NCBI RefSeq assembly: GCF_009914755.1
Contig: NC_060928.1
DNA from: the human T2T-CHM13v2.0 reference genome, Homo sapiens
Strand: one strand, 5' to 3'
DNA length: 64,000 bases
Shown here: piece by piece, positions 27,019 through 41,463 of the stretch
Position numbering within the stretch: the first letter of the stretch is position 1
How the letters are laid out: every line of letters starts with the position of its first letter
Notes under the pieces: generated by a model
What the model saw: the letters and a program-made list of their open reading frames with translations, nothing else
Told to the model about the DNA's origin: nothing
The model's database searches: none
Made by a program: the position numbers and the translations under genes

Positions 27019-28246
27019 TGGCAGTTTCTTAAAAACAAAAACAAAAGACATGCAACTACCATATGACCTAGCAATTGCACTCCTGGGCATTCATCCCACA
27101 TGAACACTATGTTCACACAAAAACCTGCACATGGATGTTTCTAATAGCTTCATTTGTAACAGTACAAACCTGGAAACAATCCAGTTGTTCTTTAACTGAT
27201 GAATGGCTAAACAATGGCACATCATACATGAAATACTACCCAGAAATAAAACGACCAAATTATTGATATACTCAACAACCTGGATAAATCTCCAGAGAAT
27301 TATGCTGAGTGAAATAAACAATTTAAACATCTTACATATTGTGTGATTCCACTTATGTGTCATTGGGAGAAACAGTGAAATGCACATGAGATCTCTTAAT
27401 ACTTTCTTAATAATTGTCAGATCTCTTTCTGGGTATTATTTCAGTTGAATATGAATCTACAATGATCTAAAAATAAAGTTTAATTTTAAAATACACCTCT
27501 GAGAACAGTGTTTGTGTTGGGATCAATTTCAAACAGGTGATACACAGCAGAAGTCCATTTAGTGCAGGCCTCAGGTGTGCCACTTAATCTCTCATCTCCT
27601 GCCTTCACACCTGCAAAATGTTGGGGTTGGACCATAAAGAAGCTTCAGGACCTCCTCTTTGCTTCTACAATTCCATGACCTTACTGAGCTATACACATTT
27701 GTGGAACCTTTGTTTTGGCCTTATATTTATCAGAGACCCTCTGAAAATCTTTATGGAAACAGCAGTAACTACCTTTCTGGCATTACAACAAAAGAAGTAA
27801 ATTCTGCCTTCCACCCTCCTGAAAACTGCTTTGCATGCTACAGCAAGATTACTGGAATTACAAAAGGAGAAACACCAAGCATGGCTTTTTCATGGCTAAA
27901 ATGATCCCCAAATTCACAGTGTCCTCACAATGTCCTCTTCCACAAAGAAGGAACTTCTTCCAGACACACACAATTTGATCAAGTTAATAGTTTCTTAAAA
28001 ATATTCAGATCTCTTTTTTAGAAACTGGGGGAAGAACTGGGGGCCTTTAGGAACTCTGTTTTGCATTCAATATTCAATCATTCATTCATTCATTTATACT
28101 GTAAGCCCTGGAGGTGCCCTCAGTTGTGACATACTTCTTTCTTGACATTTTTATAAATTCTTCAATGTATTCCTTCCCTTATAGGCGTACCCTTTCCAGT
28201 TGAGCCATGCTTGTATATACAAACTTAGTCCTCAAATCTCAATCTT

Positions 28247-28842
28247 GCGACCCATTGTATTTTCCAAAGATGACTGCAAAATCATTCTCATCCCACATGC
28301 TGTTCTTACAATGCAACTTTGACATTCTTACCATGAAGTGATGGAGACTATGTTTCCTCCCCTTGAATCTGAGCAGAGCTAATAGCACATGTTGGAAGTG
28401 ACATATGCAACTTCCAAAGATAGGGCATAAAAATTCCATGTGCATCCACCTGCTTCTTGGTGATACTCACTATTGGAACCCAGCTGCCATGCTACGAGGA
28501 AGCCCAAACTCACCCAATTTACCAAGGTAAGGAGGCTACATGGAGAGGCTAGCCATAGATGTTTTGACCAACCACTCAGCTGAAGTCTCAGCCAACAAAT
28601 AACTAGATCAGCTGATAGACATTCAAGTGAATGTGCCTTTAGATAACTTCAGCTCCCAGATGTAAAGCCACCTTCAGCATTTGAGTGCCAGATAAGATTC
28701 TAAACATTGTAGAGACAAGCCATCCTCACTATGCTGTCTGAATTCCTGTCCCACAAAAGTTGGGTGTGGAATTGATCATAATAAAATTATTATTTTATAC
28801 CACTAAATTTAGAATACTTTGTTGAGCAGTAATAGATAACTA
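28247..28842 (+). mobile_element. MLT1G/H-like MaLR solo LTR
   Basis: ttccaaagatgactgc, tttcctccccttgaatctg, ggaacccagctgccatgctacgaggaagccca, ending gcagtaatagataacta. Confidence 0.75.
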
Positions 28843-28859
28843 TGATTATACTTGATAGA

Positions 28860-29040
28860 ATAAACACCCTAACCTCACTCCCCTCCCTCTCTCAATCTTC
28901 TGCTGGTGCTCCCCATTGGCCAAACCCAACTGGAATCCAGAAAGAAAGGAAGCCCAGTGATGTAACCCATATAAGTCAGCTTTTGGGGGCAGGAAATAGA
29001 GTGGAGTGTGGAGCTGGCAAAACTGGCAGATATCCAGTGT
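28860..29040 (-). mobile_element. LTR33-like fragment
   Basis: aataaacaccctaacctcactcccc..ccccattggccaaacccaactggaatccag; homologous to 1200-1380. Confidence 0.55.
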
Positions 29041-29249
29041 AGTTTACACTCTGCCTTATTTCATTGACGATGTAAAGTAGATGGCATGAAAGTTGAAATG
29101 CCTAAATTTTGATCATTATGGAATAAATAATAAATACCAATCATTTAATCATCCTTTTCAGATAAATCTGTGAAATGAGGTGTTCCGAAGCATAGTTAAC
29201 TTTTAACTTCCCTTTTGGGTGTGGCTCCATCATGAAGAAGAAGCAGAGT

Positions 29250-29500
29250 TTAATCACTAAGAGTATAGGTTCTGGAGCCAGTCTGCCTGGGTTCAAATCC
29301 TGGCTCTGCTACCAACCAGCTGTATAAATTTGGGTAGCTCCCTTATCCTCTCTGTGTTTCACTTCCCTCATCTGTAAGGAGGGATAAAAATATTGCCTCC
29401 CTTATAAATTTGTTGTGGAGATCAAATTAGTTAATAAAGATAAAACATTTAGCATGGTGCTGGGTAAGAGTAAATACTCCATAAGCATTAGCCATTATTA
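29250..29500 (+). mobile_element. MIR SINE
   Basis: tctggagccagtctgcctgggttcaaatcctggctctgctac..ctctgtgtttcacttccctcatctgtaa core. Confidence 0.85.
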
Positions 29501-29899
29501 TAACACCTAGAAGAAGATTACAAGGTGCAAAGTGTGGCAAAGAAACAAGAGGAAAAGTGGCAAAATATCTTTCTTTTTGGCTTTATTTTCTTCTGAAAAA
29601 TAGCAATAGCTGATTCAACTATCTCTGATGCTTAGAAATTCTTTAAAAAGAATGACTTTATCAGGATAGAAAAAGGTTCAAGAGTGAGTACAGTAGGTAA
29701 GAAGGAAAAAAAGCTATCTCATTTTTTTATGAACTAGAGGTGTGATCTGTTGAGTTCTCATGAACCAGTGAGACATTATTAGAGCATATTATCTTTGAAG
29801 TAGGTCTATTACTTTGGTCTTCTCTTCCCAGCTTCCATTCAAAAAATTAAAATCCAAGACAATGGTTCTATAAACAACCTCTAGATAAATACTATTAGT

Positions 29900-30370
29900 A
29901 GCAATGACATTCAAGGAGAAAATAAAAGACATATTCAAATTGTGTTATGAAGAGTTTATTAAACGGAATATTTATAAAAACATGAGCAAGGCATAAAGAA
30001 AGAAACTGCAAGGGATAGTTTATTACTCTGGGACTGGCAGCTATAAGAGTACTACTGCAACCCCTAGACCTGAAGGTACAAGAGTACAGAGTCATTGGCT
30101 AAACCTGGAGGGAAAGCTGTATGAACACGACTGCAGAAAGGAGCTGTGTGTGGCATTAGTTGTAGAGATGCAGCTGATTCACATAAGGAGCAAGCCAGGG
30201 GAAATCAATATCCCAACCTACCTCTCCATCACACCTCCAGCTTGTTGTCAGAGCTCCCTATTGGGGAAACCTAAAGAAGCCAGAGAGAACAAAAGTGGTT
30301 ATTGAACTCCATACAGGGTACAGAGCAAAGCAGAGAATAGGTCTGGAGGGGCAATGGAAGATATAGTGAG
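29900..30370 (-). mobile_element. LTR33-like solo LTR
   Basis: aaaagacatattcaaattg..gaagagtttattaaacgg..gagccaggggaaatcaatatcccaacc..gtctggaggggcaatggaagatat. Confidence 0.65.
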
Positions 30371-30474
30371 GAGCATGCTTCAGTAATGTGTTGGATAACA
30401 GTCATCCATCCCCATGGGCTTGGTTAGAAGATTCCAAGTATTTAGCTAAGTTCTAAAATGTTTTCTATTACAGA

Positions 30475-31000
30475 GTGTGTAATGGATAGCAATTTTGTTT
30501 GGTTTTGTTTTACTGTGTTCCATGTCCCAGCATCCATTTGAGGTTTTTGTGCATGTGTGATAATAGCACTCCAGTTTTCCTTTGCATAATGACTCTTCCT
30601 CCATTCTTAACCCATGCAGTTGTTGTGGGTCTGACTCCACTCTATGGATCCTAGGGTAGACATGTGATTCAATTTGGCCAACCCAAGCATTTTCTCCTCT
30701 GTCTAGAGGGATGAACTCTTGATCCAAATCAACCCAGTGAGCTTCAGTCCTGAAGCTATTGCTTCAGAAAAGGGTATCTTTCTTTCTGTTGCAGTTTCTA
30801 AGCTTATAGAATCTAAGCCCAAAGTTAGAGCCATCTCTGCCCCCAGAGAGTAAGAATCTGAGAACACAGACAACAGAGAGGGAAGCAGAGATCAGTGATG
30901 GAGAAACTGAGTCCCAGAGTCCCAGTGGAATTGATGGAACACCTTGAACCCACTGTGCCTAAAACCAAGATACCTCTGGATATTTTAGTTGTCTTTTTCC
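30475..31000 (+). mobile_element. Old MLT1 (K/L-like) LTR
   Basis: gggtctgactccac..gacatgtgattcaatttggccaacc..acccactgtgcctaaaacc..cctctggatatttt. Confidence 0.55.
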
Positions 31001-31683
31001 TACCTCAGCAATGAGAAGTCTTTGGGTTGCAATGAGAGAGGAGGCAGGAAGGTGCCTCAGTTCATGACTACATAGGCTACTCTGGAAGCTTTCACAAAAA
31101 GAGACTGCCTCAGAGCTCTGTTTCTGCTCAGTCTCATGAAAGAGTTGTGGTTTTTTTTTGTTTGTTTTGGTTTGGTTTTTTTTTTAATCAGTGAAGAATG
31201 ACTCATTATTTATCTTGAGGGTGTAACAATGAATTGTTGTAAGATTTATTCAATGTCTTGTCTTTTTTTTTTTTTTTTTCCTACAGCTGTGGACTCTTCC
31301 AGGAAAGAAGAAATCAGAAAACATCACCTTTTCTCCACACCCACCCTCAACTTCCACTTCTGTACTATAGAAGCAAAATTGATTAGGCTGGCTAATTTGA
31401 AGAGAAAAAGATGATAGGGGCTTTGTGCTTTAGAGGTAGAAGAGGGTAATAGTCAGGTTCACTCTGACAAAGCCCACTAGAGATGGTAGACCCACTGGTA
31501 GAAATGGCTACCTGGATACCCAAGGAGAGCATTAATCATCCCATCTCATATCTGAGCTCAGTACTGGGGGAGGGGATAATCAGGTCTCACCAAACCTGGC
31601 AGCCTTCCACTGTACGTGTGGGCAAAGACCAACAGCAGTGGTGTTGGTGGTGGAAGTTATCCAAGTCACATGGCAACAAGATA

Positions 31684-32759
31684 TGTTATCGGCAGCCAAT
31701 CCATTTGGGTCTGTAGCAACCTCAATTCTTGTCTCCTCAGAGGAATGAATTTGAGGGGCATAAGGCAGAAAGAGCTCTAGGCAAGTTTTAGAACAAGAGT
31801 GAAAGTTTATTAAGCTTTAGAGCAGGAATGAAAGTGTACTTGGAAGAGGGCCAAGTGGACAGCTTGAAAGACTAGTGCACAGTTTGACCTAATTTGACCT
31901 TTTTTTTTTTTTTTTCCTTTTGAAATGGAGTCTAGCTCTGTCGCCCAGGCTGGAGGGCAGTGGCGTGATCTCAGCTCACTGCAACCTCTGCCTCCTGGCT
32001 CAAGCATTTCTCCTGCCTTAGTCTACTGAGTAACTGGGATTACAGGCATGCACCCAGAGTTAGGGTATCCTGGCTCCCAGTGAAGGGACTGGCCAATTAA
32101 TTTTAGTCATAAAAACTACACACCCAGCTAATTTTTTGTATTTTTAATAGAGACAGGGGTTTGCCACTTTGGCCAGGCTGGTCTCAAACTCCTGACCTCA
32201 AGTGATCCGCCCATCTTGGCCTCCCAAAGTGCTGGGATCACAAGCATGAGCCACTGCACCTGGCCCCAGTTTGACCTTTTGACTTGAGGTTTTATACATT
32301 AGTGTACTTCCAAGGTCCTGCATCCCTTCTCCTCTAATTCTTCCCTTGGGGTGGGCTGTCCGCATGGCAGTGGCCTGCTAGCACTTGGGAGAATGCACAG
32401 TGTGTTTACTGGAGTTGTACACATGCTCACTTGAGGCATTCTTCTTTTACCAGTTGAATGTCCCTGGAAGGTCATATGCCAGTTAAACTCCACCATTTTA
32501 ATGTGCTTGCTTGAACCCGCTCACCCAATTCCTGAGATCTTTTTGGGAAGCTGCTGATCACCAGTTTCAGGTGTTTATATTTATTAGGGGATTGCCGTTC
32601 CCTGGTGCCAGCTGCAACCAATTATTATTTCAGCGAGACAGTTAACAACCGCCTTACCATCACCTGATGGCTGCCTGACATTCCTGGTGTGTGTGGTGGG
32701 GGTAGGGGGGGAATCCCTATCCTGCTCAGCTCCTATCTGACTAGCTACCTACTGTAATA
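31684..32759 (-). mobile_element. ERV1 solo LTR (MER50-like), interrupted by an Alu
   Basis: gcaacctcaattcttgtctcctcag..gtgaaagtttattaa (poly(A) signal on the minus strand)..ccatcacctgatggctgcctgacattcctgg..ctagctacctactgtaata. Confidence 0.75.
31899..32265 (-). mobile_element. Alu (AluS-like) carrying a 64-bp foreign insert
   Basis: Poly-T then an Alu dimer ending cctggcc; flanked by tttgaccttt on both sides; non-Alu segment at 32055-32118. Confidence 0.9.
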
Positions 32760-35312
32760 GTGGCATCCAAAAGTGACTCAAAACCAAGAGTCTCTATTAT
32801 TGTCCTTGACCATTGGGTCAGAAGGGCCATAAAAACAGGGAGATGCTGACAGTTGTATCAATCTTGATGAAGGAAGAAATTAACTTCATATAATTATTTT
32901 TAGAAAAATAGACACGATATTTTTTATGTTCAGTATTATAGATTGATTATCTCTGTTAACTTTATGTAATTTATATGCCAGATACCTAAGGTATCTAATA
33001 ATAGTACAAGATAGAAAAAATTTTTATACACTTCATGAGGGTTCTGCAAGACCTAACTGTGGTATTTACAAGAAATATGCCATAAATACATTTTTTAATA
33101 ATTTCAACTTTTATTTTGGATTCAGAGAGTACATGTGCAGGTTTGTTACCCTGGTATATGGCATGATGTTGAGTTTTGGGGTATGATTGATCCCATCATG
33201 CAGGTACTGAGCATAGTACCCAATAGTTAATTTTTCAACTGCTGCCTCCCTGCCTCCTTCCTCCTTCCTCTAGTACTCCCCAATGTCTGTTGTTTCCATC
33301 TTTACGTCCATGAGTACCCAGTGTTTAGCTCCCACTTGTAAGAAGTGACAGCATGTGGTATCTGGTTTGCTGTTCCTGTGTTAATCTACTTAGGATAATG
33401 GCCTCCAGCTCTATGCATGTTGCTGCAAAGGCCACAATGTCTTTCTTTTTATGGCTGTGTAGTACTCTATGGTGTATATATACCATATTTTCTTCATACA
33501 TTCTGCCACTGATGGACACCTAGGCTGATTCTATGCCTGCTATTGTGAATAGTTCTGTGATGAACATGCAAGTGCGTGTGGTTTTTTGGTATAAAAATTT
33601 ATTTTCTTTTGGAAGTAATAGGGTTGCTGGGTCAAACAGTAGTTCCTTTTTAAGTTCTTTGAGAAGTCTCTAAACTGCTTTCCACAGAGGCTGCACTAAT
33701 TTACATTCCCACCAACAGTGTAGAAGCCTTCCCTTTTCTCCACAGCATCACCATCTGTTAGTTTTTGACTTTTAATAGCAGCCATTCTGACTGGTGTGAG
33801 ATGGTATCTCAATGTGGTTTTGATTTGCATTTCTCTGATGATGTGATGTTGAACATTTTTTTCATACGTTTGTTGGCTGCTTGTATGTTGTCTTTTGAGA
33901 AGTGTCTGTTCGTGTCTTTTGCCCATTCTTAATGGGGTTATTTTCTTTTTGCTTGTTCAATTGTTTAAGTTCCTTATAGATTCTGTATATTAGACCTTTG
34001 TTGGATGCACAGTTTGTGAATATTTCTCTCATTCTGTAGGTTGTCTGTTTACTCTGTTGTTAGTTTCTTTTGCTGTGCAGAAGCTCTTTAGTTCATTTAG
34101 GTCCCAGTTGTCAATTTTTATTTTTGTTTCAATTGCCTTGGAGGACTTAGTCATAAGTTATTTCCCAAGGCTGATGTCCAGAATGGTGGTTCCTAGGTTT
34201 TCTTCCAGGATTCTTAATTTGGGGTCTTACATTTAAATCTTTAATCCATGTTTCTTTCTTATGCATATGGCTAGCCAGCTATCCCAGCACCATTTATTGA
34301 ATAGGAAGTCCTTTCCACATTGCTTATTTTTGTCGACTTTGTTGAAGATCAGATGGCTGTAGGCGTATGGCTTTATTTCTGGGTTCTATATTCTGTTCCA
34401 TTGGTCTATGTGTCTGTTTTTGTACCAGTACCATGTTGTTTTGGTTACTGTAGCCTTATTGTGTAGTTTGAAGTCAGGTAGTGTGATGGCTCTGGCTTTT
34501 TTCTTTTTGCTTAGGATTGCTTTGGCAATTCAGGCTTTTGTTATTGTTGTTCCAAATGAAGTTTAGAGTAGTTTTTTCTAGTTCTGTGAAAAATTAAATT
34601 GGTAGCTTAATATGAATACCATTGAATCTGTACATTGCTTTGTGTGGTATGGCCATTTTAATGATATTGATTCCAATCATGAGCATGGAATGTTTTTCCA
34701 TTTGTTTATGACATCTATGATTACTTTCAGGCGGTGTTTTCTAGTTCTCCTTGTAGAGATCTTTCACCTACTTGGTTAGATTATTCCTAGGTGGGTTTTT
34801 TTGTGGCTATTGTGAATGGGATTGTGTTCTTGATTTGGTTCTCAGCTTGAATACTATTTGTGTATAGAAATGCCACAGATTTCTGTATATTGGCTTTTGT
34901 ATCCTGAGATTTTACTGAGGTCATTTATCAGCTCCAGGAGCCTTTTGAAGGAGTCTTTAGGATTTTCTAGGTATAGAATCATATCATCAGAGAAGACAGA
35001 TAGTTTGACTTCTTCTTTTCCTGTTTAGATGGCTTACATTTTTTCTCTTGTCTGATTGCTCTGGCTTAGACTTTTGGAACTATGTTGAATAGGTGTGATG
35101 AGAGTAGGTATACTTGTCTTATGCCAGTTCTCAAGGGGAATGCTTCCAGTTTTTGCTTTTTCAGTATAATGTTGGCTACGGGTTTGTCATAGATGACTCT
35201 TATTATTTTGAGGTATATTCCTTTGATACCAAGTTTGTTTAAGGTTTCTACTCTGAAGGGATTTTTGGTCTAATTGAGAGTTTTTTCTGTGTCTATTGAA
35301 ATGAGTGCAAGG

Positions 35313-35462
35313 TGTCTTAGTCTGTTCTCATATTGCTATAGCAGTACCAAGGGGAAAATCCACTCTCATGATCCAATCACCTTCCACCAGGCCCCATCTC
35401 CAATACTGGGGATTACAATTCTACAAGAGATTTGGGTGGGGACACAGATGCAAACAATATCA
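35313..35462 (-). mobile_element. Internally deleted MSTA-like LTR (both termini only, 150 bp)
   Basis: tgtcttagtctgttctcatattgctata joined to ..catgatccaatcaccttccaccaggcccc..gggacacagatgcaaacaatatca. Confidence 0.85.
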
Positions 35463-37302
35463 TGTGGTTTTTGCTTTTAATTCTGTTTACGTGGTGAATC
35501 ACATTTATTGATTTGCATGTGTGGCACAAATCTTGCATCCCAGGAATGAAGCCTACTTGATCATGGTGAACTAACTTTTTTAAGTGCTACTGGATTCAGT
35601 TTGCTGGTATTTACTTGAGGATTTTTGCATCCATGTTAATCAGGGATATTGGCCTATAGTTTTCTTTCTTTGTTGTGCCTTTGCCAGGTTTTGGTATCAG
35701 GGTGATGCTAGCTTTGTAGAATTAGTTAGGAAGGAATCTCTCCTTAATTTTTTGGGAATAGTTTCAGTGGGATTGGTAGCAGCTTTTCTTTTTAGGTATG
35801 GTAGAATTTGGCCATGGACCCATTTGGTCTAGGGCTTTTCTCAGTTGGTAGGTTTTTTATTACTGATTGTATTTTGGAACTCAATATTAGTCTGTTCAGG
35901 GTTTCAATTTCTGCCTGATTCAATCTTGGGAGATTGTGTGTTTCTGGGAATTTACACATTTCTTCCATATTTTCTAGTCTGTATGCATAGAGGTGTTCAT
36001 AATAGTCTCTAAGGGCTTTTTGTATTTCTGTGAGATTGGTTGTAAGGTCACTTTTGTCATTTCTGGTTGTGCTTATTTTTCCTGTTTTTTTCATTTTTTA
36101 TTAATGTAGTCTAGTGTCTATCAATCTTGTTGATCCTTTCAAAAAAACTGCTTTTGGTTTCATTGATTCTTTGTATGGATTTTTGGATCTCAATCATTCA
36201 GTACTGCTCTGAGTTTAGTTCTTTTCTTCTGCTAGCTTTGGGGTTAGCTCATTCTTGTTTTTATTATTCTTATAGTGTGCTGTTAGATAGGTAATTTGAG
36301 ATCTTTCCAACTTTTTGACATAGGCATTTAGCACTATTAACTTTCCTCTTAACATTGCTTTTGCTGTATCCCAGAGATTTTCATTGTGTCTCTGTCCATC
36401 TTTATTTATTTCAGAGAATTTTTGAATTTCTGTCTTACTTTTGTTGTTTACCCAAAAGTCATATAGGAGCAACTTGTTTAATTTTCATGTAATTGTGTGA
36501 TTTGAAAAGATCATCTTGGTATTTATTTCTATTTTTATTCCAATATGGTCTGAGAAAATGGTTGTTATGATTTCCATTTTTTATTTTATTTTTTAAATTA
36601 TTATACTTTAATTTCTAGGGCACATGTGCACAATGTGCAGGTTTGTTACATATGTATACATGTGCCATGTTGGTGTGCTGCACCCACTAACTCGTCATTT
36701 ACATTAGGTATTTCTCCTAATGCTATACCTCACCACTCCCCCAACCCCATGACAGGTCCCGGTGTGTGATGTTCCCCACCCTGTGTCCAAATGTTCTCAT
36801 TGTTTAATTCCCACCTATGAGTGAGAACATATGGTGTTTGGTTTTCTGTCCTTGCGATATTTTGCGAGAATGATGGTTTCCAGCTTCATCCATGTCCCTA
36901 CAAAGGACATGAACTCATCCTTTTTTATGGCTGCATAGTATTCCATGGAGTACATGTGCAACATTTTCTTAATCCAGTCTATCATTGATAGACATTTGGG
37001 TTGGTTCCAAGTCTTTGCTATTGGGAATAGTGCCGCAATAAACGTATGTGTGCATGTGTCTTTATAGTAGCATGGTTTATAATCCTTTGGGCATATACCA
37101 AGTAATGGGATGGCTGGGTCAAATGGTATTTCTAGTTCTAGATTCTTGAGGAATCACCACACTGTCTTCCACAATGGTTGAACTAGTTTAGACTCCCACC
37201 AACAGTGTAAAAGTGTTCCTATTTCTCCACATCCTCTCCAGCACCTGCTGTTTCCTGACTTTTTAATGATCACTATTCTAACTGGTGTGAGATGGTATCT
37301 CA

Positions 37303-37569
<267 letters not shown>

Positions 37570-39152
37570 TCAGAAGCTCTTTAGTTTAATTAGATCTCAT
37601 TTGTCAATTTTGGCTTTTGTTGCCATTGCTTTTGGTATTTTAGTCATGAAGTCCTTGCCCATGCCTATGTCCTGAATGGTATTGCCTAGGTTTTCTTCTA
37701 GGGTTTTTATGGTTTTAGGTCTAACATGCAAGTCTTTAATCCATCTTGAATTAATTTTTGTATAAGGGGTAAGGAAGGGATCCAGCTTCAGCTTTCTACA
37801 TATGGCTAGGCAGTTTTTCCAGCACCATTTATTAAATAGGGAATCCTTTCCCCATTTCTTGTTTTTGTCAGATTTGTCAAAGATCTGATGGTTGTAGATG
37901 TGTGGTATTACTTCTGAGGGCTCTCTTCTGTTTCACTGGTCTATATCTCTGTTTTGGTAATAGTACTATGCTGTTTTGGTTACTGTAGCCTTGTAATATA
38001 GTTTGAAGTCAGGTAGGGTGATGCCTCCAGCTTTGTTCTTTTGGCTTAGGACTGTCTTGGCAATGCGGGCTCTTTTTTGGTTCCATATGAACTTTAAAGT
38101 AGTTTTTTCTAATTCTGTGAAGGAAGTCATTGGTAGCTTGATGGGGATGGCATTGAATCTGTAAATTACCTTGGACAGTATGGCCATTTTCATGATATTG
38201 ATTCTTCCTACCCATGAGCATGGAATGTTCTTCCATTTGATTGTGTCCTCTTTTATTTCCTTGAGCAGTGGTTTGTAGTTCTCCTTGAAGAGGTCCTTCA
38301 CATCCCTTATAAGGTGGATTCCTAGGTATTTTATTCTCTTTGAAGCAATTGTGAATGGGAGTTCACTCACGATTTGGCTCTCTGTTTGTCTGCTATTAGT
38401 GTATAGGAATGCTTGTGAGTTTTGCACATTGATTTTGTATCCTGAGACTTTGCTGAAGTTGCTTATCAGCTTAAGGAGATTTTGGGCTGAGATGACGGGG
38501 TTTTCTAAATATACAATCACATCATCTGCAAACAGAGACAATTTGACTTCCTCTTTTCCTAATTGAATACCCTTTATTTCTTTCTCCTGCCTGATTGCCC
38601 TGGCCAGAACTTCCAACACTATGTTGAATAGGAGTGGTGAGAGAGGGCATCCCTGTCTTGTGACAGTTTTCAAAGGGAATGCTTCCAGTTTTTGTCCATT
38701 CAGTATGATATTGGCTGTGCATTTGTCATAAATACCTCTTATTATTTTGAGATACATCCCATCAGTACCTAGTTTATTGAGAGTTTTTAGAGCGAAGGGC
38801 TGTTGAATTTTGTTGTAGGTCTTTTCTGCCTCTATTGAGATCATGATGTGGTTTTTGTCATTGGTTCTGTTTATATGATGGATTACATTTATTGATTTGC
38901 ATATGTTAAACCAGCCTTGCATCCCAGGGATGAAGCCAACTTGATCGTGTTGGATAGGCTTTTTGATGTGCTGCTGGATTTGGCTTGCCACTATCTTACT
39001 GAGGATTTTTGCATCAATGTTCATCACTGATATTGGTCTAAAATTCTCTTTTTTTGTTGTGTCTCTGCCAGGCTTTGTTATCAGGATGATGCTGGCCTCA
39101 TAAAATGAGTTAAGGAGGATGCCCTCTTTTTCTATTGATTGGAATAGTTTCA

Positions 39153-39500
<348 letters not shown>

Positions 39501-40872
39501 CTATTTTGTTGATCTTTTCAAAAAACCAGCTCCTGGATTCATTGATGTTTTGGAGAGATTTTGTGTCTCTTATCTCCTTCAGTTCTGCTCTGATCTTTGT
39601 TATTCCTTGCCTTCTGCTAGCTTTTGAATGTGTTTGCTCTTGCTTCTCTAGTTCTTTTAATTGTGATGTTAGGGTGTTGATTTTAGATCTTTCCTGCTTT
39701 CTCTTATGGGCATTTAGTGCTATAAATTTCCCTCTACATACTGCTTTACATGTGTCCCAGAGATTCTGGTGCATTGTGTGTTTGTTCTCATTAGTTTCAA
39801 AGAAGATCTTTATTTCTGCCTTCATTTCATTATGTACCCAGTAGTCATTCAGGAGCAGATTGTTCAGTTTCCATGTAGTTGTGCAGTTTTGAGTGAGTTT
39901 CTTAATCCCAAGTACTAATTTGATTGCACTGTGGTCTGAGAGACAGTTTGTTGTGATTGCTGTTCTTTTACATTTGCTGAGGAGTGCTTTACTTCCACCT
40001 ATGTGGTCAATTTTGGTATAAGTGCACTGTGGTGCTGAGAAGAATGTATAATCTGTTGGAGCATTCTGTAGATGTCTGTTAGGTCTGCTTGGTGCAGAGC
40101 TGAGTTCAATTCCTGGATATCCTTGTTAATTTTCTGTCTCATTGATCTGTCTAATGTTGACAGTGGGGTGTTTACATATCACATTATTATTGTGTGGGAG
40201 TCTAAGTCTCTTTCTAGGTCTCTAAGGACTTGCTTTATGAATCTGGATGCTCCTGTATTGGGTGCATATATATAGTTAGGATAGTTAGCTCTTCTTGTTG
40301 AATTGGTCCCTTTACCATTATGTAATGACCTTCTTTGTCTCTTTTGATCTTTGTTGGTTTAAAGTCTGTTTTATCAGAGACTAGGATTGCAACCCCTGCT
40401 TTTTTTTTGTTTTCCATTTTCTTGGTAGATCTTCCTCCATCCCTTTATTTTGAGCTTATGTGTGTCTGTGCACTTGAGATGGGTTTCCTGAATACAGCAC
40501 ACTGATGGGTCTTGACTCTTTATCCAATTTGCCAGTCTGTGTGTTTAAATTGGGCATTTAGTCCATTTACATTTAAGGTTAATATTATTATGTGTGAATT
40601 TGACCCTGTCATTATGATGTTAGCTGGTTATTTTGCTCATCAGTTGATGCAGTTTCTTCCTAGCATTGATGGTCTTTACAATTTGGTATGTTTTTGCAGT
40701 GGCTGGTACAGGTTTTTCCTTTCCATGGTTAGTGCTTCCTTCAGGAGCTCTTGTAAGGCAGGCCTGGTGGTGACAAAATTTCTCAGCATTTGCTTGTCTG
40801 TACAGGATTTTATATCTCATTTGTTTATGAAGCTTAGTTTGGCTGGATATGAAATTCTGGGTTGAAAAAAAA

Positions 40873-41463
40873 TTTTTTTTAAGGACTAGAATAGTGTTTA
40901 ATATCAATTTCTGAGAAATCACATTTATATAAAAGAAATAAAACAGGCCAGCAGAAGTCCAAAAAAGATTCAGCTTACATTATTGCACTTGGATGAAATA
41001 TGCTATTTAGAGTAGCATAATATTCAGGCCAGGCCAGGAGGAGAAAGAGACAAATGGAGAGGACAAACCTCCAGGTAGTATTTATTCTGGATTCCAAACT
41101 CTCCTGCGGCCTAAACAGTATTTAGTCTATTGGAAACATTCAGCAAGGTCTTTACAAAAATGACTGCAGTATCTTCAACACATTTGAGTTGCACTCATAC
41201 TTTGTTCCAGTCATGTGCAAGTTTAATGCACAGCTCTACCTCACAAAATGGGACATCTATGACACCAGAACTTCCCTGTGCCCAAGGTCATGGACAGGAG
41301 GGGAAGGCAGTGAATTTCTACTTTATGCATATTTTAGGGAGCAATACTGTGGCTATCATTTACCCTTTTGAGCAATCTTGATTTTGGTCATTTATAATTA
41401 GTACATGAGAAAAAGTGACAGTGAATACAAGTGAGTACTAACCGAATTCCTCGGCTGGTACTA
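40873..41463 (-). pseudogene. Putative 5'-truncated processed retrocopy (3'UTR-like) of an unidentified mRNA, inside ORF1 of L1 D
   Basis: ~590 bp of non-L1 sequence splitting ctgggttgaaaattcttttc; T-run at 40873-40880; minus-strand ATTAAA at 40897-40902, 16 nt before the tail; imperfect duplication gaaaaaaaat / gaaaataat. Confidence 0.75.
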
